From assembly GCA_963843575.1 (NCBI GenBank), contig CAWJKZ010000004.1, forward strand, positions 1 to 64,000: DNA of 64,000 nucleotides, written 5' to 3'. Under the pieces are notes generated by a model that saw nothing but the letters and a program-made list of their open reading frames with translations, ran no database searches and was not told the DNA's origin. Shown here one piece after another: positions 23,087-33,463 of the stretch. A program made the translations under genes and the position numbers. The DNA comes from an uncultured Acidobacteriota bacterium (GTDB lineage: Bacteria > Acidobacteriota > UBA6911). Each line of letters opens with the position of its first letter. Position 1 is the first letter of the stretch.

Positions 23087-25055
23087 ATGCGGACACACAA
23101 GGTTGTGCCTCGATTGCATTTAGTCGGCGCCTGGTATTTACTGCTCGCCATCTGGCTGCCGGCAGCGGGCGCGTTCGCCCGCGGACCGGATATCCTCCTG
23201 AACTGGGACCGCAGTCCCGACGGGGGCGTCACCGGCTACAGTCTGGCAATCCGAAACCCGGACGGTTCCTATCAGGATCCTGTGGCCCTCGGCCTCAGAA
23301 CCAGTCATCACCTGATAGGATTAGGAACCGGCATCCACGTTTTCCGGGTGACGGCCTATACCGCGACGGGGCCCGACGGCGGTTACTCCAGGGAATTCGC
23401 GATCACGATCGCGCCCCCCATCAACGAGGCCGCAGCCAGGCTCGCATGGGATCCCAGCCCCGGCATCGGGAACATCGCGGGCTACCGGGTCCACATCGGC
23501 CGCTCGCCAGGCAGGTATGCAGCCCCGGTGGATGTCGGCCTCGCGACCAACTACAGCCTGAACGGGCTTGAACCGGGAACCTACTTCTTTGCCGTCCAGG
23601 CTTACGCCGAGGGCGGGGAGGGAAGCCCCCTTTCCGAGGAGGTTTCGGCGACGATATTTTCAGCGGAGTCCGCCGGCGGGTCGTGCCCTCCCGGATGCGA
23701 CCCCGACACGTGCTTCGGGTGCGGCGCCGGATGTGGTTCCGCAGATCGAAGCCGGCGCTGCCGCTCCGCCGCTGGACGTCGGCTATCCATACAGTGCTCC
23801 TGGAGGCTCGCTGGCGGGAAGGTTCATCCTGACCAATATGGGGGCGGAACCGGCCGAGGTGCGGTGGTCCTCTATGGATCCGCAGTCCCCCTTCAACGGC
23901 GTGGATAGCCGCACTCTCGGGCCCGGAGAGCAGTTTTCGATCCTGAACGAGGACGCGGACACAGGGTCGACGTCTCCCTGGGTGCACGTGCGCAGCTCAT
24001 CCCGGCACCTCGTCGGATCCCTCACGTTCTTCGATGCGGCATCCTCGCTCCTGGGCGGCACCGGCATTGTCCCGGCTGCGCCCGGGATCTTCGTTTTCCC
24101 CGAAGCGGGCTTACAGAGTTCCGCACGCTTCTCGATCGGCAACACCGGCGCGGAAACAGCCACCCTCACCTTCGAGCTGCGCAACGAGGGCGGGACGCTA
24201 AAGAGCGTCACCAGCCGCGATATCCCCGCAACCGGATCGCTCGAGATCGAATCGTTGGTGGGGTTTTTCGCGGACTCCTCTCCCCTCCCTTCGGATTACG
24301 TGCGGGTCCTTTCCACGGGTTTGATCGCGGCGTACGAGTTCGGGGGAGAGGAAGACAACGGGTTTTACGTCTTGCGCGCGCTCGCGGAAACCGATGCGGG
24401 AACCGTGCTCCTGTGCCCGCAATTCTTGGTGGGACCCGGGTGGCTGTCACAACTTTCGGCCGTGAATCTCGATGCGATATCGGGGGAGGTGTCCGTGGAG
24501 TTCATCGGCGAAGATGGCAGGGCGATTGGATCCGCCCGCTCGCTTACCATCCCGCCGAACGGCAAACTGCAACTTGCCGGGGGGGACCTGTTCGGAATTC
24601 CTGCCGGGGAGTTCCGGGAGGGATTCCTGGTGATCCGCAGTTCAGGGGTAAGGCTCGCGGGAAATGTTATCTTCAAGGATGCAGGCGAGGAGAGGTTTGC
24701 TGCCGCACTGCCGCTTATCGCCAGACCCGAACGATCTCAACTTGTCGGCCATCTGGCCACGGACGACGAATACTTCACAGGCCTTGCCATGCTTAACGCC
24801 GCCGACACGGGCACAACCGTCAAGTTGGAGTTCTACGACGCCGGCGGCAGGCTCGAGTTAGTGGCCGTGGCGGGGCTCGCGGCGGGACGGCGACGGGTCG
24901 GATTGCTGACGGAGTTCTTTCCCTCCCTGATAGGGGCGAACCGGAGGTTCGGATACGTCAGGATCTGCTCCGAGCAGCCGCTGGCAAACTACGTGCTGTC
25001 GGGTGCCCGCGACCTCTCGTTCCTCTCTGCAATTCCTTCCCAGCCCGTGCAATAG
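23087..25055 (+). CDS. Secreted fibronectin type III domain protein; frameshift near 23700
   Basis: Signal peptide and two FN3 repeats (LAWDPS...GYRVHIG...GLEPGTYFFAVQAY), then repeated beta-sandwich domains in ORF 23568..25055. Confidence 0.8.
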
Positions 25056-25154
25056 CGGAGTTTTCGGGTGCCGCAGGTCGAAGGTGAACTTGACCTGCGG
25101 GATGGATAGCTGTAAATACGAGTGCTTGCCCGCCGTGCCGATCGTGGAGCTGAG

Positions 25155-25712
25155 GTGAGCGTTTTGACAGGTGCCCGGAGTCAGGAGCATCCGCCGATCT
25201 ACCCGTGGTACGCACTGCGCGTGCGGGGGCGGCAGGAGAGGAACGTCGCTTCTGCGCTGTACGAAAAAGGGTACGAGGTCTTTCTGCCGCAGTACCGCTC
25301 GCTCCGGCAATGGTCGGATCGCATCAAGGAACTGGATCTGCCGCTTTTCCCGGGATATCTTTTCTGCCGGTTCGACGTGACCCGGCGTCTGCCGGTGCTG
25401 CAGACCTCCGGCGTGTTCGAAGTCGTGACGCTGGGGAAGAGGATCGTTCCGATAGAAGAGCGGGAGATAGAGGCCATCCAATCCATCGTGGCCTCGAGCC
25501 TCAACGCCGAACCTTGGCCGTACCTCCGGGTCGGGCAATGGGTGCGCATCGAGTATGGTCCGCTGAATGGGGTCGAGGGAGTCCTGATTTTAGTGAAGAA
25601 TGCGCACCGCCTCGTCGTCTCCGTCAACCTCCTGCAGCGCTCGGTCTGTGTCGAGGTTGATCCGGATTGGGTAACCCCGATAGAAAGGACGTCCTCGGGT
25701 ACGACCCAATGA
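25155..25712 (+). CDS. UpxY/RfaH-like NusG-paralog transcription antiterminator
   Basis: WYALRVR...WSDRIKELDLPLFPGYLF NGN domain and KOW GQWVRIEYGPLNGVEG. Confidence 0.92.
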   Translation: MSVLTGARSQEHPPIYPWYALRVRGRQERNVASALYEKGYEVFLPQYRSLRQWSDRIKELDLPLFPGYLFCRFDVTRRLPVLQTSGVFEVVTLGKRIVPIEEREIEAIQSIVASSLNAEPWPYLRVGQWVRIEYGPLNGVEGVLILVKNAHRLVVSVNLLQRSVCVEVDPDWVTPIERTSSGTTQ

Positions 25713-25714
25713 GC

Positions 25715-25909
25715 CAAGTGTGTCCGGGCTTCAGAGGCTGTCCGACGGTTGAACCGCCTGCCGCGCCCGTAAGACAAGTGGGTCCGGGCTTCAGCCCGGC
25801 ACTTCGGCGTCGGGCCGAAGCCCGGCGTTCTGATCTGATCTATGGGGCGACGGGCGCACAGTTATAGCGACCGCAAACAGCGTCCGGGCTGAAGCCCGGA
25901 CCCACTTGA
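25715..25909. repeat. ~190-bp REP-doublet/REPIN-like element, copy B
   Basis: Reverse-complement match to 16704-16892 including spacers, with a ~20-bp extra hairpin. Confidence 0.85.
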
Positions 25910-25954
25910 GGGGGTCGCGGAGGGCAATGGGGGGGGGTCCGTCGGTGAACCAGT

Positions 25955-27305
25955 ATGGAAGACATTAGCGAATCCCATGGTCTGAGGATCGGTGCGGGGC
26001 TGCCGCTCATCGTGCCGGCGCCGGGGGCCGGGGAGGAGATGCACCGGTTCATCGCCGAGCTGTACCCGATCTGCCGGAGCATCACCGGAGACGGCGTCCG
26101 CCGAAACGCTGAGCCAGATCGGCGAGCGGATCCCGCTGACCGTCCACGAAGTGGCCAGCGGCACCCCGGTCTTCGACTGGACCGTCCCGATGGAATGGAA
26201 CATTCGGGACGCCTACGTCATGAACGCCTACGGGCAGAGGGTCGTGGACTTTCGCGACTCGAACCTCCACGTCGTCAGCTACAGCACGCCCGTCCGCGCG
26301 AGGATGCAGCTCGAGGAACTCAAGCGACACGTCTTCACGATCCCGGACCGGCCGGACTGGATCCCCTACCGGACCTCCTATTACTCGCCCGACTGGGGCT
26401 TCTGCATGACCCAACGGCAGCTGGAGTCGCTGGGAGAGGGCGAGTACGAGGTCTGCATCGATTCCACCCTGAAGAACGGGTCGCTGTCCTACGGGGAGTG
26501 CTACCTTCCCGGACAAACGGACGAGGAGGTGCTGATCTCGTGCCACGTGTGCCACCCGTCCCTCTGCAACGACAATCTCTCCGGCATCGCGGTCGCGACG
26601 GCGCTGGCGCGGAGCCTGCTCTCGAGCGCGCGCCGCTATTCCTACCGGTTCGTCTTCGTTCCGGGCACGATCGGCTCGATCACCTGGCTGGCGGCAAACG
26701 AGGCGCGGGTTCCCCGGATCAGGCACGGACTCGTCCTCACCGGGGTCGGAGACGCGGGAGGCATCACCTACAAAAAGAGCCGCCGCGGCTGCGCCGAAAT
26801 CGACCGGGCGGTAGCCCACGTCCTTGCGCGGGCCAACGTCAGGCACTGCATCGTCGATTTCCACCCGTACGGGTACGACGAACGCCAGTACTGCTCCCCG
26901 GGGTTCAACCTCCCGGTGGGGTGCCTGATGCGCACGGTGCACGGCACCTACCCCCAGTATCACACGTCCGCCGACGATCTGGGGTTTGTCCACCCCGAAC
27001 AGCTTGCCGAATCGCTTGCGGTCTGCCTGTCCACGTTTCACGCCCTCGACAACAACCGGGTTTACCTAAACCTCAATCCCAAATGCGAGCCGCAGCTGGG
27101 CAAACGCGGGCTGTACCGGAAGACGGGGGGGCAGGTCACGTCCAAGTCCGCGGAGGTCGCGTTGCTCTGGGTGCTCAACCTGTCGGACGGCACCTGCTCG
27201 CTGCTCGACATAGCCGAGAGGTCGGGCCTGGCTTTCGAGGAGATCCACAGGGCCGCCGGGGCCCTGGTCGAAGCCGGCCTGCTGGAGTCGGTGCGGGAAA
27301 CTTAG
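25955..27305 (+). CDS. DUF4910-type aminopeptidase-like (M28 fold) protein with C-terminal winged helix; frameshift near 26100
   Basis: LYPICRSITGDG, FDWTVP.EW, IPYRTSYY, HPSLCNDNLSG, DERQYCSPG, YHTSADD, KCEPQLGKRGLY. Confidence 0.88.
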
Positions 27306-27517
27306 AGGTCAGTTTCATAACTATGGTGACGTGTCTTTTTTGGACGCGGATCCGCGCAGATCCGCGTCCGAATAAGCGTCGTGGTACTTACGCAATTGAC
27401 CGCCTAGCAAGTCGCCGAGGTAAGCTGCAAATCTCGCCTCGGAGAATCGCTGAGAGCGCATCCAGGTGGAGGAGCCTGTCTATGAATCCCGTATTCACGA
27501 AGGTCGTCGTCCTGGCC

Positions 27518-27741
27518 GGATCGGCATCCCGGGCTTCCAGTTCATCCAGGACCCGCTCGACTATTTTCCCCAGCTGCACCACACCAACCAGGACGTGTAC
27601 GACCACTGCGTGCCCGAAGACCTCGTGCAGTCTGCCGTCGTGATGGCCAGCTTCGCCTACCACGCCGCGATGCGGCCGGAGATGCTGCCCCGCAAGCCGC
27701 TGCCCGTGCCGGTGGAACATGTCCCCGCGGCTGGAAGATGA
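27518..27741 (+). pseudogene. C-terminal remnant of an M28-family peptidase
   Basis: GIPGFQFIQDPLDY...HHTNQDVYD...AYHAAMRPEMLPRKP is a typical C-terminus; no catalytic N-terminus upstream. Confidence 0.65.
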
Positions 27742-27790
27742 GTGGGCCGCGGCGGCCCGCCGCGGCCCTTCCGCAATCCCCCCAAAAGCA

Positions 27791-27819
27791 AAGGGTGCCA
27801 GGCATGACCTGGCACCCTT
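27791..27819 (-). terminator. Hairpin, probable intrinsic terminator between convergent genes
   Basis: Perfect 12-bp stem aagggtgccagg-catga-cctggcaccctt, followed by TGCTTTT on the minus strand. A second stem lies at 27826-27864. Confidence 0.6.
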
Positions 27820-27918
27820 ATCTGCGAAAAAGAGGCCCAAAAATCGCGAAGAAGGCCTCTTTTCCGCCGGTAAACCGAGTTAAATCCTTATAAAAGCACT
27901 AGTTCTCCTGGTCCGTCC

Positions 27919-29714
27919 CTACTGGAAGTTGCAGACTTCTTGAGTGCCGGAGACGGCGTAGGAGGCCCAGTTGGAGAGGCTGGAAACGTTGCCGTTCTCC
28001 GAACGGAAGGTGTAGTTGCTCGCCAGGATCGTTTCCGCAGTTCTGCCCGGTGTGGTCACATAGACGTCGTAGGTGTGCGACGCCATCCGTACGACCAGCT
28101 TGAAGTGGTACTTTACCCCGACCGTATACGCGATCCTTGTGGCAGCCCCATAGACTTTGCCGTTGCGCGCCTCGATCAGGCCGTTGGTGTAGAAACGCAC
28201 GATGGCCGCCAGCTTGGCGTAGCTCGTCGCCGCTCCGGACGAAAGCCCGATCACCCCATCCATGTTGGCTTTGTTCGGCGTCGCGTCGAACTCCACCGTA
28301 AACGTGCCGGTCTTCGCGGCGAACGCAGTGTTCTTCCACGTGTTCGCGACCGTGGTGCACGAACCCGTCGCCCCGCCGTCGCCGACGGTTGTGAAGGTCG
28401 AGTCGCCCGAGGTGGCCAGGTTTCCGGCCGCGTCGCGCGATTTGACCCTGAAGTGATACGGGGTCCCCGGCGTCAGACCGGAGAGAGCCCCAGTGTGGCT
28501 GGTCGCCATGCCCGTGTTGCAGGTGCTGGCGCCGCCGTAAGAGGTGGTTGTGCCGTACTCGATCGACCCGTCAGACGCCTCGTTGGTGGACCACATGATC
28601 GTCGCAGAGGTGGTGCCGACCAGGCTGGCGGCGACGCCGGAAATGCTGGGCGGGGTTGTGTCTCCCGGCTGGGGCGTGTAGTCGCCCGCGTGCGTCCAGT
28701 CGGTCCAGCCCACGTTCTTCCCCGGAGTCGTCGGGGATTTGGCCGGGAATGACGTCCCGTAGTAATAGTTGATCACGAACGGCTCCCAGTTATCGTCGCC
28801 GGTGGCGGAAAATTGGTCGACGTTATAGAGCCACTGAAAGGCGCGCAGCAGCGCCTTGTTTTCCCAACCGAATGCGTCATATCCCGCGCGTTGAAGGATG
28901 ACCGCCTGCATGAGCGCCCCCTGGAGGGCCTCATAGACGTAGTTCTCCTGGGGCGGCGGCCAGGTGAAGCCTCCGCTCCGGCGCTGGTCGTCCGGCAGAA
29001 CCCCGTCTATCGAGTGGCCGCTCTTGCTGCAACCCGTCGGGTTGATTCCGACCGGACTCGAGGAATTGCACTGCCAGGAAAGGTCGCCGTAGGTGAAGCC
29101 GGCGTACGACGAGCGGTCGCCCAGCCAGCCTTTGAACACCTGCGCCACGCGGGCGAGGTCTCCCTGATCGCCCAGGTATGCGTCCACGGCGGCGCGTGCG
29201 CCGCCGCAGTGGGCTCCCCAGTTGTTCGGCCTGTCCTCGTGGCAATCGATGATATTGCTGGGACCGCCCGAGGTGGAGGTCGTCAGCAGCGATTTGATCT
29301 TGGCCCGGAACCGGTGTCGAGAGCCGGGTCGTAGTTTTTGAGGTCGATGAGGTCGGCCGCGATGACATAAGCGCCAAGCTCACGGCCCAGGGCCAGCGCA
29401 CGTCCGCTGTATGTGCCCATGTTCACAATGCTTTCCAGCGCAGCAATCGCACCCGTTCTATAGGTACTCTGGCCGGTGCGCGCGAAAACGAGAGCCTTAG
29501 CCAGGATGCAGACGTTATTGCTCTGGTCCTGGTTTGCGAGATCGACCGAACCGCAGGACTGGTCTGCGGCTGACTTCAGGTTGTCCCAGGCGGTCCCCGA
29601 AGTCGGCAACGCGGCGATCTCCGACCGGCCGATCCAGAAGCCGGTGGTCTGCGCGGCACCCTGAATGCATAGCACGGTCGTCATAACGATCAATAACAGA
29701 CAGGTTCTTCTCAC
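27919..29714 (-). CDS. Secreted alginate-lyase-like protein with FN3 and C-terminal beta domain; frameshift near 29310
   Basis: Signal peptide; catalytic region (PNNWG, DGVLPDDQRR, NYVYEALQG) paralogous to 29996-31165; DTTPPSIS...GLTPGTPYHFRVKSRDAAGN FN3. Confidence 0.7.
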
Positions 29715-29995
29715 GTGAACGTTCCCCTTCCTTAAGAAAGATCTCTACCAAGGTGACCTATCATGACCCGCAACGGGGTCTCAAGTCACCTGGGCAGGCG
29801 GACAGAAAAGGGCTAGGAGACAAAACCTGTACTGTCGACTAGTTATTTATTCGCGGAAGATCGGAAGCCTAATCCCGGGATTCGCTTAGTGACATTGCGA
29901 GCGTCCGGACTGAAGTTGTCGGCGGAGAGCGTCAAACATTTGACAGTCCGGAGGCCGGGCAGTGCGGCTTCCCGCTTCCCGCTTCCGGCTTCCGT

Positions 29996-31165
29996 TTATT
30001 GGGGCGATGCGGAGCGGTTTTTCTCGCTGATGACGGCGGGTGGGCGGGCATGTGTCCAGTCTGTCCAGCCCATGTTCTTCCCGGGTTTGAGCGGACCTTC
30101 ACAAGGGAAGGTGGTCCCGTAGTAATAGTTGACGAGGGGTATCATCCAGACGTCGTCCCCTTGGGCGGGAAAGCCGTTCTGGGTGTAAAGCCACTGAAAA
30201 GCCCGCAGAAGGGCCTGATCCTGCCACTCGAAGACGTCGTAACCCGCCCTCCGCAGGATGACCGCCTGCACCATCGCACCCTGGAGCGCCTCGTAGACGT
30301 AGTTTTCGTGGACCGGGGGCCAGGCGAAGCTGCCGCCCCGCCGCTGATCGTCCGGGAGCACGCCGTCGATGGAGTGCCCGTTCTTCTCACAGCCTTTCGG
30401 GTTGATGCCAACCTCCACCGCTGGGTCACACTGCCAAGAAAGGTCCGAACCGTACTTGAAACCCGCATAGGACGACCGGTCCCCCAACCAGCCTTTGAAG
30501 ACGCGGGCCACCCGGGCGAGCTCTTCCCGGTCTCCAAGATAGGCCGCCACCGCGGCGCGGGCGGCGCCGCAGTGGGTTCCCCAGTTGTTGGGACGCCGCT
30601 CGTGACACTCGGTCAGGCTGGCAGGACCGCTTGTCGTCGGGGTAGCGAGCAGGTCCTTGATCCTGGAGCGAAAGGCCGCATCAAGCCCGGGCGCGCGCGT
30701 TTTGAGATCGACGATGTCGGCGGCGATCACGTAGGTCGGCAGCTTGCGTGCCAGCGACAGGGCGCGGCCGGAATAGGGAGGCATGGAGACGACGGCCCCA
30801 AGCGCGGACGCGACGTCCGCGTAGTAGGAATCCTCTCTCGTGCGGGCATACATGAGCGCTTTGGCCAGCACGCACGTGTTTGCGGACTCATCCTGATTCG
30901 CCAGGTCTGGGGCACGGCACGGGCGGCCGGCAACCTCTTTGATGTTCAGGTAACCCGGTCCACTCAATGGGAGCGTTGCCAGTTCGGCGGGGCTGATCCA
31001 GACACCCGGGACCGCGGGAAAGTCCGGCGCCGCGGAGGAGGCGACCGCCTTCAGGCGAACCATCTTGGGAGGATTGGGTGGCCCCTGTGGCTTCGGCCAC
31101 GCCGAGCGCTGTAGCGCCGGAAGAAGGCAAAGCAGGCCGGCCACGGCATACCAATGACGGGTCAT
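29996..31165 (-). CDS. Alginate-lyase-like alpha-helical protein
   Basis: Signal peptide; RRPNNWGTH resembles the NNH motif of PF05426/PL5-type lyases; last gene of the overlapping operon B run. Confidence 0.7.
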   Translation of the reverse strand: MTRHWYAVAGLLCLLPALQRSAWPKPQGPPNPPKMVRLKAVASSAAPDFPAVPGVWISPAELATLPLSGPGYLNIKEVAGRPCRAPDLANQDESANTCVLAKALMYARTREDSYYADVASALGAVVSMPPYSGRALSLARKLPTYVIAADIVDLKTRAPGLDAAFRSRIKDLLATPTTSGPASLTECHERRPNNWGTHCGAARAAVAAYLGDREELARVARVFKGWLGDRSSYAGFKYGSDLSWQCDPAVEVGINPKGCEKNGHSIDGVLPDDQRRGGSFAWPPVHENYVYEALQGAMVQAVILRRAGYDVFEWQDQALLRAFQWLYTQNGFPAQGDDVWMIPLVNYYYGTTFPCEGPLKPGKNMGWTDWTHARPPAVISEKNRSASPQ

Positions 31166-32484
31166 ATCGGGTCGCCCTGTTCGACCGCGAGCACGGCGAG
31201 CCGCCCTTCATGGGCCGAGGCCGCCCGGGGCCGGGACATCCCCGAAACCGCGCCCCCGCCGGACTGGATGCGCTCGAGCAGCTTCCCGGCGTTGCTCTCG
31301 AGATCGAATTCCCGCAGCACCCTGTCGCGCCCGGCCGCTCCCATCGCGGAGCGCAATTCCGGCCGGCGCGCCAGCAGCTCGATCGCATCCGCCAGGGAGA
31401 CCGCATCGCGTGGCGGGATCAGGATGCCGCTCTTTTCGTGGTCCACGAGCTCGGGAATCCCGCTCAGGCGGCTCGCCACCACGGGAACACCGGAGGCCAT
31501 GGCCTCCATGAGGGCCACCGGGATCCCTTCGCGTTTGCCGTTGCTGGTCGGCACGCTCGCGAGCACGGCGACGTGCGCCGCGGAAAGCAGCCGCTGAATT
31601 TCCGAACGGGGGAGTCCCCCGTGAAACCGAAAATGGGGGGCGAGCCCCTGTTCCCGGACCTGCCGCTCGATCTCCCCCCGCAGCGGCCCGTCACCCGCCA
31701 GGTGACACTCGTACCCAATCCCGCGGTCCTGCAGGGTCCGGCAGGCGGACACCAGGTAGGCGTGCCCTTTGACCTCCTCGAACGAAGCCACGCACAGGAT
31801 CCGCAGGGGCTCAGGATCCTTCTTCGCCACCGGCGCAAACGCACGGTGGTCCACGCCGCAGTGAATGACGACGACCTTATCCCGCACCGCCTCGCCGCAC
31901 TCGCCGACGATCAGCTCCCTGTTGTAATCCGATACGGTCACGACGAACGCGGCCGCGGCGACCTTCTCGCGCAGCATGTGGCGGTCGACGTGGAGGTCGG
32001 ACCCGTGGGCGGTGAAACTGAACGGTATCCCTGCCAGCCGCCCTGCGATCAAGGCCGCGACCGCCGGGTGGTTGGCGAAGTGGGCGTGTATGTGCTCGAC
32101 CCCGAGCCGCTGCATACGGTCCGCGAAGTGCACAGACTTGGGGAAAACCCCGACAGCGCCGGCCAGGAAATTGGCGCTCCCCAGAGCGCTGCGCAGCACG
32201 TCCCGCCACAACGCAAGGTACTTCCGAGGCGACCTGCGGAGGAAGGCGAGGTTCGACCGGAGAATCGGCAGGGAGAGGAACGGCGTGTAGTGCGCGTTCC
32301 TGGCGAGTCTCACGGCGTCGTCGTGCACGACCCGCGAGGGCTCGCGCAACAACGGGAACACCTCCACCTGCACCCCCCGCGCCTCCATCGCCAGAATCTC
32401 GTTCAGCACGAAGGTTTCGGTGAGCTTGGGGAAGCGGGACATTATGTAGGCGAGACGAGTCCGCGGGGGTGTCTGGGGGTTCAC
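31162..32484 (-). CDS. GT4 glycosyltransferase (WcaL-like)
   Basis: FPKLTETFVLNE, HIHAHFA, TAHGSD, REGIPVALMEAMA. Confidence 0.92.
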   Translation of the reverse strand: MNPQTPPRTRLAYIMSRFPKLTETFVLNEILAMEARGVQVEVFPLLREPSRVVHDDAVRLARNAHYTPFLSLPILRSNLAFLRRSPRKYLALWRDVLRSALGSANFLAGAVGVFPKSVHFADRMQRLGVEHIHAHFANHPAVAALIAGRLAGIPFSFTAHGSDLHVDRHMLREKVAAAAFVVTVSDYNRELIVGECGEAVRDKVVVIHCGVDHRAFAPVAKKDPEPLRILCVASFEEVKGHAYLVSACRTLQDRGIGYECHLAGDGPLRGEIERQVREQGLAPHFRFHGGLPRSEIQRLLSAAHVAVLASVPTSNGKREGIPVALMEAMASGVPVVASRLSGIPELVDHEKSGILIPPRDAVSLADAIELLARRPELRSAMGAAGRDRVLREFDLESNAGKLLERIQSGGGAVSGMSRPRAASAHEGRLAVLAVEQGDPI

Positions 32485-33455
32485 CGCGAACCTCCGTTCC
32501 AGGACAAGGACCAGCGCGGCGACGCCGCGCCGTGACGGACCGTGTCCAGGTAGCTGGCCCAGCGCTGCAGCCTCAGGCGGAAAATCGGGGCCGAGGTGCG
32601 GGGCGTGATGTTCGTGCGCCGCAGCCGCAGGGGATCCACGGTGTTCAGATCGTTCTGCCCGTCCAGGACCGTGAAGGCGAGCGCTACCCCTTCCTCCCTC
32701 AGGATCCGCACGACGGTCTCGTCGTGCGCCCCCGCGGGGTAACAGAACGCCGGGAGCGTCCTGCCGGTTTCCCGCTCCAGGTCGCACGCAGCCCCTCGGA
32801 CCTCCTCGCGCACCTCTTCCGGCGGCAGACGCGTCAGCAGGGCGTGATTGCGCGTGTGCGAAGCGAGGGCGACGCCGTCGCCCGCCAGGGACCGAAGCTC
32901 TTCCCACCCGTGCACGCTTGCCGGGGCAGGCGGGGTCGCGGCGCCGCCAGCGGCGCAGACGCTGTCCACCAGGCGCATCGCCTCCGCGTGCGGCATCGAT
33001 TTGACCAGGGCCTGGAGGCGCCGCACCGCCTGCCGGCGAAACGGAGGGGCAAATAGCGGTAGATCACCGATCTCGGCGACGGAGATCGTGTCGCCGGGAT
33101 AATCCGCAATCGACCGGAACAGCCGGTCCCACCAGAACGATCGTGCCGGATCGCCGGGATAGCCCGTCGGGACGAACAGGGTCGCCGGCAGCCGGTTTCG
33201 CCTGAGGATCGGCCACGCGATCTCGCCAAAGTCGCGATAGGCGTCGTCGAAGGTGATCAAGACGGCGCGACGCGGCAGTTTCGTCCCGCGCGCGGCCGCA
33301 TCGATCACCTCCTCGAGGGTGAGCGCGGCATAGCGCCGGGACAGGTAGGCCATCTGCTGCTCGAACACGGCGGGCAGCGCGCTGACCATCGCGGGATTCA
33401 GCCAGGGGGTGGACTGCGGATCGGCCACCCGGTGATAGGTGAGGACGCGAAGCAT
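32481..33455 (-). CDS. Polysaccharide deacetylase (CE4/NodB)
   Basis: VLTYHRV, ITFDDAY, SHTRNH, FCYPAG. Confidence 0.92.
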   Translation of the reverse strand: MLRVLTYHRVADPQSTPWLNPAMVSALPAVFEQQMAYLSRRYAALTLEEVIDAAARGTKLPRRAVLITFDDAYRDFGEIAWPILRRNRLPATLFVPTGYPGDPARSFWWDRLFRSIADYPGDTISVAEIGDLPLFAPPFRRQAVRRLQALVKSMPHAEAMRLVDSVCAAGGAATPPAPASVHGWEELRSLAGDGVALASHTRNHALLTRLPPEEVREEVRGAACDLERETGRTLPAFCYPAGAHDETVVRILREEGVALAFTVLDGQNDLNTVDPLRLRRTNITPRTSAPIFRLRLQRWASYLDTVRHGAASPRWSLSWNGGSR

Positions 33456-33463
33456 GATCCCTC

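Noticed and set aside
25929-25937. G9 phase-variation tract upstream of DUF4910
   Set aside because: It is a single tract, homopolymer length is unreliable in this assembly, and there is no promoter evidence.
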